Position numbers and translations under genes: made by a program. Below the pieces are notes generated by a model that was given only the letters and a program-made list of their open reading frames with translations, did not search any database and was not told the origin of the DNA. Source: a virus. Taken from it: a stretch of 64,000 nucleotides of DNA. Where the stretch lies: the IMG/VR virus record IMGVR_UViG_3300030441_000198, one strand, 5' to 3'. This document shows positions 7,412 to 15,403 of this stretch, piece after piece (positions within the stretch are counted from its first letter, which is position 1; every line of letters begins with the position of its first letter).

Positions 7412-9628
7412 ATGCAGATGAGAACACTTTTACTGTTCCGTGGAGCACCCGGTTGCGGGAAGTCCACCTATATTAAAGAGCATAATCTGGAACAGTACGT
7501 ATTGAGTGCTGATACACTTCGCCTTATGTGCCAGAGCGCGCAGGAAACACCTGCTGGGCAGATGGAGATTTCTCCGCAGAATGATGATGTTGTATGGAAG
7601 ATGCTTTTTAAACTGATTGAGGTGCGCATGAGTCACGGGGAATTTACTGTGATTGACGCAACGAATTCTAAGACGGTCGAAATGAATTGTTATAAGAATC
7701 TTGCAAAACAGTATCGTTATCGTATGTATGTTATTGACATGACGGATATTCCTATCGAGGAATGCAAACGAAGAAACGCTCAGAGAGAATGGCTGAAGCG
7801 AGTCCCTGAAGCGGCCATTGATAAGATGTACGCTCGGTTTGCTACTCAAAAAGTTCCTTCTGGCGTGACAGTTCTTCCTTCTACTACGGATGTGCTGTCT
7901 GATTTGAACTACAGTCCGAATGACTTCAACCAGTGGAAAAAGATCCATATCATCGGTGATATTCATGGCTGCTATACTTGTTTGAGTGAATACCTTGGTG
8001 AGATGAAGGACGACGAACTTTATATCTTCGTTGGTGATTATCTCGATCGTGGCATCGAAAACGTTGAGGTATTCAAGTTCTTGTGTGATATTGTAAATAA
8101 CAACCGCAAGAATGTGATTCTTTTGGAAGGAAATCACGAGCGTTGGCTGAACAAATGGGGGCATGATGAACCGGTTCAGAGTGAAGAGTTTGCAAACTAC
8201 ACTCGTCCGCAACTCTTTAAAGCCGGTATTGACAAGAACACTGCTCGTAAGATCTATTCCAGAGTTGGCCAATGTGCTTACTTTGAGTATGATGGGAAGC
8301 GGTATTTCGTGAGCCACGGTGGTTTGAGTTATCTGCCTTATTTTCTTCCTTTTGTATCTGCTGATCAAATGATTAAAGGCGTAGGTCGCTATCCTGATAT
8401 GCTAACCGTGGCTGAGTCTTGGGAAAAATCGATGCCGGATAGCTACATTCAGATCTTCGGTCATCGAAATGTGCAGGATGTTCCTATTGATATGGGGCAT
8501 CGGTGCTACAACCTCGAAGGAAAAATCGAGTTTGGTGGATATCTCCGTTGCGTGGAACTTGAACACGGTCAGTCAATCAAATGTGTAGAAACAAAGAACG
8601 ATGTGTTCCGAAAAGAGGAGCCAAAGACTGAAACTGCCGTTGAAATGAAAACTGAGTTCGATAACGCAGAACTTGTCAGTAAGATGCGTCAAAGCAAATA
8701 TGTGTTTGAGAAGCGATTCGGAGATATTTCTTCTTTCAACTTCTCTCGTGAAGCATTTTATAAGAAGCACTGGGATGAGGTTTCTACCAAAGCAAGGGGG
8801 TTGTTCATTAACACAAAGACGAATAAGATTGTAGCTCGAAGCTATGATAAGTTCTTTGCGGTCGATGAGCGGAATGAAACGAGAATTGGAAACCTACAGA
8901 ACACTTTGAAGTTCCCGGTGACTGCATATCTGAAGGAAAACGGATTTCTTGGCATTGTCTCATATGATGCAGAACAGGATGGTCTGTTCATTGCAAGTAA
9001 ATCCACTCCTGAAGGGCCTTTTGCAGATATGTTCCGAAAGATTCTCATGGATACGACTTCTGATGAAGACCGTAAGAATCTGAAGGAAGTTGCAAAAGAG
9101 AATGGTTCCATCATTTTTGAGGTGATTGATCCTATAAATGATGCTCATATCATCGAATACAAGAAACCGCACATTGTTTTGCTGGATATTGTTGCGAATG
9201 ATATGAACTTCAGTGTGATGGATTACGATGATCTGAAGCGTGTTGCTGAAAAGTGTCATTTGCAGATTAAGGAGAGGGTTAAGATTTTTGAGAGCTGGAG
9301 TGAATTCTATCCTTGGTATGAGGAAGTCATGAACGAGAACTATCTGCATCATGGCTTTGAACACGTTGAAGGCTTTGTTTTGCGAGACAGCAACAATTTC
9401 ATGTTTAAGATGAAGCTTCCTTATTATAAGCACTGGAAGTTCTTGCGTGGTGTCATGCAGAGCGTTCAGAAACGTGGCTATTATGAAAATACCGCAAAGT
9501 TGTTTACTGCTGAGGATAACCTGTTTTATGGTTGGATGCGTGAACAACGAGAGAAAGGCCAGGAATCTTTCTGCAAAAAGGGTATTATTCAGTTACGGAA
9601 TGAATTCTATGAGAATCGGCACGAATAA
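7412..9628 (+). CDS. Pnkp-like trifunctional RNA repair enzyme (P-loop polynucleotide kinase + metallophosphoesterase + adenylyltransferase/ligase domain)
   Basis: N-terminal Walker A GAPGCGKST; central GDIHG / GDYLDRG / GNHE metallophosphatase motifs; C-terminal KENG candidate lysine-adenylylation motif I. Domain order matches bacterial Pnkp. Confidence 0.65.
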   Translation: MQMRTLLLFRGAPGCGKSTYIKEHNLEQYVLSADTLRLMCQSAQETPAGQMEISPQNDDVVWKMLFKLIEVRMSHGEFTVIDATNSKTVEMNCYKNLAKQYRYRMYVIDMTDIPIEECKRRNAQREWLKRVPEAAIDKMYARFATQKVPSGVTVLPSTTDVLSDLNYSPNDFNQWKKIHIIGDIHGCYTCLSEYLGEMKDDELYIFVGDYLDRGIENVEVFKFLCDIVNNNRKNVILLEGNHERWLNKWGHDEPVQSEEFANYTRPQLFKAGIDKNTARKIYSRVGQCAYFEYDGKRYFVSHGGLSYLPYFLPFVSADQMIKGVGRYPDMLTVAESWEKSMPDSYIQIFGHRNVQDVPIDMGHRCYNLEGKIEFGGYLRCVELEHGQSIKCVETKNDVFRKEEPKTETAVEMKTEFDNAELVSKMRQSKYVFEKRFGDISSFNFSREAFYKKHWDEVSTKARGLFINTKTNKIVARSYDKFFAVDERNETRIGNLQNTLKFPVTAYLKENGFLGIVSYDAEQDGLFIASKSTPEGPFADMFRKILMDTTSDEDRKNLKEVAKENGSIIFEVIDPINDAHIIEYKKPHIVLLDIVANDMNFSVMDYDDLKRVAEKCHLQIKERVKIFESWSEFYPWYEEVMNENYLHHGFEHVEGFVLRDSNNFMFKMKLPYYKHWKFLRGVMQSVQKRGYYENTAKLFTAEDNLFYGWMREQREKGQESFCKKGIIQLRNEFYENRHE

Positions 9629-9694
9629 CTAAGATATTTTCTTCCTCCGAAAATGCCCTGCGCGGGGCTGACAGCCGGGAAAGACCGGCGATAT

Positions 9695-9773
9695 GGCCCT
9701 ATGGCGGAATTAGGCATACGCAACAAGCTCAAACCTTGTAAAATTCTCAGTTCAAATCTGAGTAGGGCTACCA
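9695..9773 (+). tRNA. tRNA, anticodon CAA (UUG-reading) with class-I length, oversized D-loop and encoded CCA; isotype uncertain
   Basis: Acceptor GGCCCTA/TAGGGCT, anticodon stem ACAAG/CTTGT with loop CTCAAAC, T-arm CTCAG-TTCAAAT-CTGAG, 3' ACCA. Confidence 0.5.
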
Positions 9774-9852
9774 ACCCATTTGCAGATGGGTAAGTGCTAG
9801 AATATTGGCAAATCGGAAAGACGGTTGACTGCTGGACAGACAGCTTTGATAT

Positions 9853-9935
9853 GCTACCGTGGTGGAATGGCAGACACCGGAGACTTAAAATCTCCTGTCG
9901 GCAACGACGTGCCCGTTCAAGTCGGGTCGGTAGCA
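9853..9935 (+). tRNA. tRNA-Leu (anticodon TAA), class II with long variable arm
   Basis: Acceptor GCTACCG/CGGTAGC, anticodon stem-loop GGAGA-CTTAAAA-TCTCC, variable arm GTCGGCAACGAC, T-arm GCCCG-TTCAAGT-CGGGT. Confidence 0.65.
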
Positions 9936-9942
9936 CTAATAT

Positions 9943-10018
9943 CCGGGTGTAGCTCAGTTGGAAGAGCGCGTGCTTTGGGAGCATGAGGCCGCAGGATCAT
10001 GACCTGTCACTCGGACCA
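9943..10018 (+). tRNA. tRNA-Pro (anticodon TGG), encoded CCA, atypical T-loop (ATCATGA)
   Basis: Acceptor CCGGGTG/CACTCGG, D-arm GCTC-AGTTGGAA-GAGC, anticodon stem CGTGC/GCATG with loop TTTGGGA. Confidence 0.6.
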
Positions 10019-10048
10019 GCCCGAAAGGGCATGTAGAATTTTTCATTC

Positions 10049-10100
10049 ACATTATTCCCAGCTCTCTGGAAACAGAGCAGTGTGGCATAGCAAGCTGGGT
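10049..10100 (+). ncRNA. conserved structured hairpin element preceding tRNA-Gln (copy 1)
   Basis: ATTATTCCCAGCTC ... AAGCTGGGT outer stem enclosing CTCTG-GAAA-CAGAG (GNRA loop); a second copy with compensatory changes lies at 10316-10368. Confidence 0.4.
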
Positions 10101-10105
10101 AGATT

Positions 10106-10178
10106 ACGAGGATTAGCCAAGCGGATAAGGCAGTGGAATTTGACTCCACGACCGCAGGTTCGATTCCTGCACCCTCGA
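10106..10178 (+). tRNA. tRNA-Gln (anticodon TTG)
   Basis: Anticodon arm GTGGA-ATTTGAC-TCCAC, T-arm GCAGG-TTCGATT-CCTGC, acceptor CGAGGAT/ACCCTCG with one mismatch. Confidence 0.55.
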
Positions 10179-10185
10179 TTTATAT

Positions 10186-10270
10186 GCGGGTATGGTGTAA
10201 CTGGCAGCCACGCGGATTTTAGGTGTCCGTGCCGAAAGGCGTGAGGGATCGTGCCCCTCTACCCGTACCA
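10186..10270 (+). tRNA. tRNA-Leu (anticodon TAG), class II, encoded CCA
   Basis: Acceptor GCGGGTA/TACCCGT, anticodon arm CGGAT-TTTAGGT-GTCCG, variable arm GCC-GAAA-GGC, T-arm GAGGG-ATCGTGC-CCCTC, 3' ACCA. Confidence 0.6.
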
Positions 10271-10315
10271 CGGTCATAGAATGGTTGCGTACCGTTTGTT
10301 GATCTCCTTTGGCCA

Positions 10316-10368
10316 CTATTATTCCCAGCTCGCTCGTAAGAGTGCAGTAGTGCTTTGTAAGCTGGGTG
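10316..10368 (+). ncRNA. conserved structured hairpin element preceding the tRNA-like gene (copy 2)
   Basis: Same outer stem CCCAGCT/AGCTGGG; inner hairpin CTC-GTAA-GAG covaries with copy 1. Confidence 0.4.
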
Positions 10369-10373
10369 ATTGT

Positions 10374-10445
10374 GCAGTTATTGTGTAGTTGGTAAGCACG
10401 CTTGCTGATGAAGTAAGAGGATGAGTTCAAAACTCATTGACTGCA
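10374..10445 (+). tRNA. tRNA-like sequence, non-canonical anticodon loop (TGATGAA, G at position 33); possible pseudo-tRNA
   Basis: Good acceptor (GCAGTTA/TGACTGC), D-arm (GTGT-AGTTGGTAA-GCAC) and T-arm (ATGAG-TTCAAAA-CTCAT); anticodon loop lacks U33 and variable loop is 3 nt. Confidence 0.3.
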
Positions 10446-10648
10446 AAATATGAAATCAGTTGTTCTAGCTCGTTCGTGGATTGGCCGTACATTGGCGACC
10501 GGAAAGACGTCATACCGGTAAAGGACGTCAAGCCAAACAAGAAGAGAAATAAGGTGTAAGCCGACTAGCTATCGGATAAATACTCTTCGATTCGCCAGAA
10601 AACTAGAATGTAAAACGAATGGTTGGCTGTTTCTGATTTCATTTATAT

Positions 10649-10724
10649 GCGACTGTAGTTCAATTGGCAGAGCGTCAGATTTCCAATCTGAATGTTGCGG
10701 GATCGTGCCCCGTCAGTCGCTCCA
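10649..10724 (+). tRNA. tRNA-Gly (anticodon TCC), encoded CCA
   Basis: Acceptor GCGACTG/CAGTCGC, D-arm GTTC-AATTGGCA-GAGC, anticodon arm TCAGA-TTTCCAA-TCTGA, T-arm GCGGG-ATCGTGC-CCCGT, 3' TCCA. Confidence 0.65.
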
Positions 10725-10855
10725 CACGCAGCCACTTACGCTGCACCGGTTGCTCAGAGCCGAAAGAAACCTATATGTTACGACATGGTTGCCAAGAGTG
10801 ATCATATTGGAACGCGACGTAGCTTGGATAGTGAGAATTAAATTCTGAGGTATAC

Positions 10856-10924
10856 TGCTGGATAGCTTAATGGTAAAAGCGCTCGGAAACGCCGAGAGAT
10901 AAGGTTCGATTCCTTCACTGGCAT
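10856..10924 (+). tRNA. tRNA-like element with canonical D- and T-arms but a 5-nt anticodon loop; probable degenerate or regulatory tRNA-like RNA
   Basis: TAGCTTAATGGTAAAAGC D-arm and AAGG-TTCGATT-CCTT T-arm; central CTCGG-AAACG-CCGAG hairpin instead of a 7-nt anticodon loop; imperfect acceptor. Confidence 0.25.
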
Positions 10925-10951
10925 CACGTCGATGAAAGTCGGCGTTTGCAT

Positions 10952-11028
10952 GGGATAGTAGCTCAGTTGGTCAGAGCTGGCGGCTCATAACCGCTTGGTC
11001 GCGAGTTCAAATCTTGCCTGTCCCACCA
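10952..11028 (+). tRNA. tRNA-Met (anticodon CAT; Met/fMet/Ile2 not distinguished), encoded CCA
   Basis: Acceptor GGGATAG/CTGTCCC, D-arm GCTC-AGTTGGTCA-GAGC, anticodon arm GGCGG-CTCATAA-CCGCT, T-arm GCGAG-TTCAAAT-CTTGC, 3' ACCA. Confidence 0.65.
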
Positions 11029-11132
11029 GCCCGATAGGGCATACATAAAATCTGCTAGAACTTTTGTTTTATAAGCGAATGAATAATATGACGTTAATAC
11101 GTCTATTATTTTTCGCTAATTTTTAAAGTTTT

Positions 11133-11152
11133 AGCTATATAATACAGGATAC
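11133..11152 (+). promoter_or_regulatory. conserved motif AGCTATATAATACAGGATAC upstream of the methyltransferase locus
   Basis: Copy of the recurring motif; contains a TATAAT -10 element. Confidence 0.45.
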
Positions 11153-11167
11153 GAAAAGGAGGAATGA

Positions 11168-12640
11168 AAACTGAAGCATTACGGAGATATCACACAACTT
11201 CATGGATGGCAGATTGAACCGGTTTCCTGTATCACAGGAGGCAGTCCATGCCAAGATTTGAGTCAGGCCGGTAAACGTGAAGGTTTGGCTGGTGAACGCT
11301 CTGGATTGTTCCTTGAAATGATTCGTGTGATTACAGAAATGAGGGAGGCCACCAATGGGGAATATCCAAAATTCGCAATCTGGGAAAATGTCAGAGGAGC
11401 TTTTAGCTCAAGCAAAGGTGAAGACTTCAGATGTGTGTTGGAAAGATTTGCACGCATTGTCGAGCCAGACGTTTCAATTCCTCGACCTTCAGGAAAGAAC
11501 GGAAAGTGGGCAAAATCTGGAGCGATTTCCGGTAATGGATGGTCTCTTGCATGGAGATTGTTCGACGCTAAATACTGGGGAGTCGCCCAGCGCCGCCAGA
11601 GAATCGCGCTTGTCATGGATTTTGGAGGACAACGTGCCTCAGAAATTCTATTTGAGCGCACGAGCATGTCAGGGGATTCTTGTGAGAGCATCCCGGCGTG
11701 GAAAACCTTTGCCCGAACTCCTGAAGCAAGCGTTGCTGGATATGATCGAATGGTGGAATCCAGGAACTCTGTCACAGGTGGTGCAGAAAGTGAAGGAACA
11801 AGAAGGTCTGGAAGAGAAGGAATTGGACGAGTATTGGAGTCAAACCATCGAGAGACTTCGACTCGATGCACAGAACCTGCAGCCTACACTCTAAAAATCC
11901 GTTCTGGATGTGAAGGTGGCGGTAAAGGCGCTCTGGTTCAAACTGAATTGAGCGCAACGATTTCTACGTTGCAAGACCAGACGCTAATTTGCTTGGTAGA
12001 AAATCCCTCCTTACATAATTTAAAACAAAAGATTTCGCCGGTGGTATTTGAGAGTCACAGTCAGGACGCTCGATACACTCAGCAGGGTGATACAAGTCCG
12101 ACTTGTACTGCTCAGTGGGGAACGGGCGGTAATAATATGCCGCTGGTTGTTGAAAAGAAAGCCTTTGCGATGCAACGCATTGGTGAATACAAGGAAAGTG
12201 AACACGCCAGCACGATGAAATCTCGTGATTATAAGGACGCTACTGATCTGATTGCAGAGAAGGAAACGAAGAATCTACGATGGATTGTTCGCCGCTTGAC
12301 TCCTTTGGAGGATGAACGGTTACAGGGTTTTCATGACGGATGGACTGATATCGGTGATTGGATCGATGAGAATGGGAAGAAGCACAAGACTTCTGACGCA
12401 GCTCGTTACAAAGCACTCGGTAATTCAATCGCTTTGCCTCAGTGGTATTGGATTTTTCAGAAAATGAAGCCGTATATCGGTGAAAATCCTACGCTTGGCA
12501 GTCTTTTCGATGGAATTGGTGGCTTTCCGCTTGTCTTTGAAAGTACGTATGGTGATGGTACTGCTATCTGGGGGTCTGAAATTGATAGCTTTTGCGTTGC
12601 AGTAACCAAGAAGCGTTTTCCAGAAAAGCAAAGAGGATAA
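11168..12640 (+). CDS. DNA (cytosine-5)-methyltransferase, circularly permuted motif order (IV-X then I-II) with an internal segment in another frame; possible pseudogene
   Basis: Motif IV GGSPCQ at 11240-11254, ENV (FAIWENV), QRRQR, C-terminal-type RLTPLEDERLQGF and GNSIALP, then motif I LFDGIGGF and motif II SEID at 12500-12600 before the stop. The target-recognition segment (QKFYLSARACQGILVRASRRGKPLPELLKQAL) sits in the +1 frame at about 11616-11893. Confidence 0.55.
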   Translation, partial: KLKHYGDITQLHGWQIEPVSCITGGSPCQDLSQAGKREGLAGERSGLFLEMIRVITEMREATNGEYPKFAIWENVRGAFSSSKGEDFRCVLERFARIVEPDVSIPRPSGKNGKWAKSGAISGNGWSLAWRLFDAKYWGVAQRRQRIALVMDFGGQRASEILFERTSMSGDSCESIPAWKTFARTPEASVAGYDRMVESRNSVTGGAESEGTRRSGREGIGRVLESNHRETSTRCTEPAAYTLKIRSGCEGGGKGALVQTELSATISTLQDQTLICLVENPSLHNLKQKISPVVFESHSQDARYTQQGDTSPTCTAQWGTGGNNMPLVVEKKAFAMQRIGEYKESEHASTMKSRDYKDATDLIAEKETKNLRWIVRRLTPLEDERLQGFHDGWTDIGDWIDENGKKHKTSDAARYKALGNSIALPQWYWIFQKMKPYIGENPTLGSLFDGIGGFPLVFESTYGDGTAIWGSEIDSFCVAVTKKRFPEKQRG

Positions 12641-12642
12641 AA

Positions 12643-12918
12643 ATGGGAGCTTTTATTGCAAGACAGCCTAACGGTTTGCTGTGTCGGTTTTCTTCGGTGG
12701 TCGATTGTGTCACCGATTACAACATGACCGAAGAAGAATATATCGAGATGTGTGCTGAAAAGGCACGAAAAGAAGCACGAGATGTTCTTGACCATTATAT
12801 TAAGCCGTTTGAAATGGTTGACAGGTGCTTCTTCCCGAACAACATGACAATCGAAGAACACAAGCGGATTATGAAGGAAATGGAAAAGCCCGTTGACAAA
12901 GCAACTCATATTCCGTAA
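12643..12918 (+). CDS. hypothetical protein
   Basis: ATG 12643 with RBS AAGAGGA; 91 aa. Confidence 0.4.
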   Translation: MGAFIARQPNGLLCRFSSVVDCVTDYNMTEEEYIEMCAEKARKEARDVLDHYIKPFEMVDRCFFPNNMTIEEHKRIMKEMEKPVDKATHIP

Positions 12919-12959
12919 TAAGAAAATCTCATAAAAGGCTAATTCAACCAAGAGGTGAC

Positions 12960-13193
12960 ATGATGAATAGTAAAATTCCTATCAATGTAACTATCGACAA
13001 CGGTTCCTTGAGCCTTCCGGCAAGTCCTATCTTTCAGAAGGAGAAGAACACGTATCTCTGTCCGTTTTGTGTGACGAAACTGGAAAAGTTCGAGTGTGAA
13101 TGTTCTGATTGTCATCACAAGATGGATTGGGGCGTATGGACAGATAAGAATGCAAAGCATAACTATGCGTTTGCTGAAAGTGGTGTATTATGA
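12960..13193 (+). CDS. hypothetical Cys-rich (zinc-ribbon-like) protein
   Basis: CPFC...CECSDCHHK motifs; RBS AAGAGGTGA. Confidence 0.4.
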   Translation: MMNSKIPINVTIDNGSLSLPASPIFQKEKNTYLCPFCVTKLEKFECECSDCHHKMDWGVWTDKNAKHNYAFAESGVL

Positions 13194-13579
13194 AAGATTG
13201 GCTGCACGCTACAAAACGTGAAATTGAAAAGATGACTTTCGATGAAGCGAAAGAAATCATGGAAAAACAGATTCGTCTTGGTCATACAGATGGTGAATTT
13301 CGCCCTCGTGGACATACCACTCATGCTTACGAGATGATATTAGGTTATGCAGACAAGTACATAAGGTTTGTCAAACTTCTGGTAAACCAAGCAGAAAATA
13401 AACCAGAAATGCCGATTCTTTCTTATCCGACAAATCATTGTAAGCTTTATCAATGTCCAACGTGCGGCAATCCGGTAAATTGGAAGGAGAAAGTTTGCAA
13501 ACTGTGTGGACAAAATCTTGACTGGGCTGCATATGAAAACAGGACCTATCTTATTACTATCGAAGGAGGCGATGAGTAA
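13190..13579 (+). CDS. hypothetical protein with zinc ribbon
   Basis: CPTCGN...CKLCGQ; overlaps the upstream stop (ATGA). Confidence 0.4.
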   Translation: MKDWLHATKREIEKMTFDEAKEIMEKQIRLGHTDGEFRPRGHTTHAYEMILGYADKYIRFVKLLVNQAENKPEMPILSYPTNHCKLYQCPTCGNPVNWKEKVCKLCGQNLDWAAYENRTYLITIEGGDE

Positions 13580-13857
13580 TGAACGTGGAATTCTTCCAAC
13601 GGCGCAAAACTCAGCTTGAAGATACGCTTCTTTTGAAGAATCAGGCAGTCGATATGCTTGATTATCTAAAGACACACTGTATTAGCAGTGACCAGTATTG
13701 TGCAATTCGAGACTACATTGAAGAAGCTGCTAAGATTCTGGAGAGTGACCTCGAATACGCAAACAATAAGCTACAATCCGCATTCAAACCTAAGTATGGC
13801 CGGAACAACAGATTGACTCGTGTTCAATCTAAGATGTTCCGTGATAGAGAATATTAA
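13579..13857 (+). CDS. hypothetical protein
   Basis: 92-aa ORF, ATG overlapping the previous stop. Confidence 0.35.
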   Translation: MNVEFFQRRKTQLEDTLLLKNQAVDMLDYLKTHCISSDQYCAIRDYIEEAAKILESDLEYANNKLQSAFKPKYGRNNRLTRVQSKMFRDREY

Positions 13858-13874
13858 AAATGGGGTGATGCCGT

Positions 13875-14087
13875 ATGAACACATGTAAGAAAATATGTAA
13901 CTGGTGTGGTCGTGAAATCAAGCCGATAGGTAGCGAGCAGGGAATCAGTTTTGAGCATCAATACTCTTATGGTAGCCAACTTGATGGTTCATTTTTGAGT
14001 TTTGATTTGTGTCCTGAGTGTTCAGAACGGTTTCCAATAGTGCTCGGCGCAATGTTTGTACATAATCCCTTAAAGGACGATTTCTAA
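13875..14087 (+). CDS. hypothetical Cys-rich protein
   Basis: CNWCGR...CPECSE; RBS GGGGTGA. Confidence 0.35.
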   Translation: MNTCKKICNWCGREIKPIGSEQGISFEHQYSYGSQLDGSFLSFDLCPECSERFPIVLGAMFVHNPLKDDF

Positions 14088-14232
14088 CGGCGAGTGCCGT
14101 ATGAAATATAAGCCATCAATAAGACAGACGGAGGATAATATATAAAATGAATAGTGCATGAATTGATTTAAGGTAGTGAAAAGAAACATAAGTGATTATT
14201 TATGAAACAAAATTACATAAAGGAGACTTGAT

Positions 14233-15333
14233 ATGGCAGATAGAATTTTTAATCTTCCTCAGACTCGTGGCTCTTTTGAGATGGCTGGTAAGGTCACCGG
14301 CACTCAGCGTAGCAACTTCTATAATGAGAAGGAGACCAAGAGTGGTGCTATGCGTCGCGTCCTGAGCTTTGGCGTTCAGACTTCTAATGAAAACACTTTC
14401 TATATTGATCTGGCTGGTATGCCTCGTGACAAGGTTTACTTCTTCCGCCGTGCCGATAAGGACAAGGGCATCGAGAAGGATAAGAAGGAAGTCGCTTGGA
14501 AGGATCGTCTGACTTATGTTGCACCGGAAGGCTATGATATGATTGGCGTTAAGGTCGGTGTTACCAAGAAGACGAATGAGTCCGGTAAGCTTGTCAACGA
14601 CAACAAGACTCTGACCGACTTCGATGCAGCTAAGGAGATTTCTGAGAACCTGCATGACGGCGATAACGTGTATGTTCGTGGTAACATCGAGTACAGCACT
14701 TACAATGGTAAGCACCAGATTCGTTTTGTTCCTACTCAGGTGTCGCTGAGTTCTAAGGAAATTGACTTCGATGCGGAGGGTTTTGAGGAACTGGCTCTGT
14801 TCACTCAGACCATTGTGTACACTGGTTGCCGCAAGAGCGATGAGGGTGATGAAGTAGTTGTAGATGCAAAGATTGTGAACTACAACACCATCGAAGATGC
14901 CGAGTTCTTCATTGATTACAAGGCAAATACTCAGAATAAGGTTCTGGCAGACTCTATTCGTAAGCGTCTGAAGCCCTATACCAGTTTTGAGTGCTTTGGC
15001 CCTATCGTTAATCAGCAGAAGGTTGAGGAAGTTGAGGCCGAGAATATCTGGGGTGGTCCCAACAAGATGAAGCGCCAGAGCACTCCGGCGGTTCGCAAGC
15101 TGTATATTGAGGGTGTTAACCCTGATTCCTTTGATCCGAACCCAGGCGAGAAGGATGCGGAGCCCACTTACACTGAGGACAATATCTCCGAGGCACGGGC
15201 AAAGATTGCTGCCAATGCTCAGGCAAAGAAGGACTTCGATGGCAAGGCTGCTGAGAATGATACCTCTTGGTGTGGTGGTTCTAATAAGTCTACTGTAACT
15301 TCTGAAGATGAGGAAGATATCAACTGGGGCTAA
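14233..15333 (+). CDS. putative single-stranded DNA-binding protein (OB-fold-like, acidic C-terminal tail)
   Basis: RBS AAGGAG; acidic C-terminus SEDEEDINWG typical of SSB tails; lies directly upstream of a recombinase-like ATPase. Assignment is by context and composition. Confidence 0.4.
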   Translation: MADRIFNLPQTRGSFEMAGKVTGTQRSNFYNEKETKSGAMRRVLSFGVQTSNENTFYIDLAGMPRDKVYFFRRADKDKGIEKDKKEVAWKDRLTYVAPEGYDMIGVKVGVTKKTNESGKLVNDNKTLTDFDAAKEISENLHDGDNVYVRGNIEYSTYNGKHQIRFVPTQVSLSSKEIDFDAEGFEELALFTQTIVYTGCRKSDEGDEVVVDAKIVNYNTIEDAEFFIDYKANTQNKVLADSIRKRLKPYTSFECFGPIVNQQKVEEVEAENIWGGPNKMKRQSTPAVRKLYIEGVNPDSFDPNPGEKDAEPTYTEDNISEARAKIAANAQAKKDFDGKAAENDTSWCGGSNKSTVTSEDEEDINWG

Positions 15334-15350
15334 AATTTTTTAGTCTTAGA

Positions 15351-15367
15351 TGTGTAATACAGGATAC
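15351..15367 (+). promoter_or_regulatory. partial copy of the conserved motif (TGTGTAATACAGGATAC)
   Basis: Shares the TAATACAGGATAC core with the other copies. Confidence 0.35.
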
Positions 15368-15403
15368 CAATAAAAGAAAAGATTTAGAGAGGAATTTACA
15401 TAT

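Noticed and set aside
7430-8368. 312-aa minus-strand ORF
   Set aside because: Antisense to the Pnkp-like gene, which has strong catalytic motifs; no start context.
9607-10430. ORFs 9607-9984 (-), 9999-10244 (+), 10113-10430 (-)
   Set aside because: They overlap the tRNA array; no RBS and products read like translated tRNA stems.
10374-10445. Hammerhead-like ribozyme (CTGATGA box) inside the tRNA-like gene
   Set aside because: CTGATGA is present, but no properly placed stem II/GAAA/stem III arrangement could be built; the tRNA-like fold explains the sequence better.
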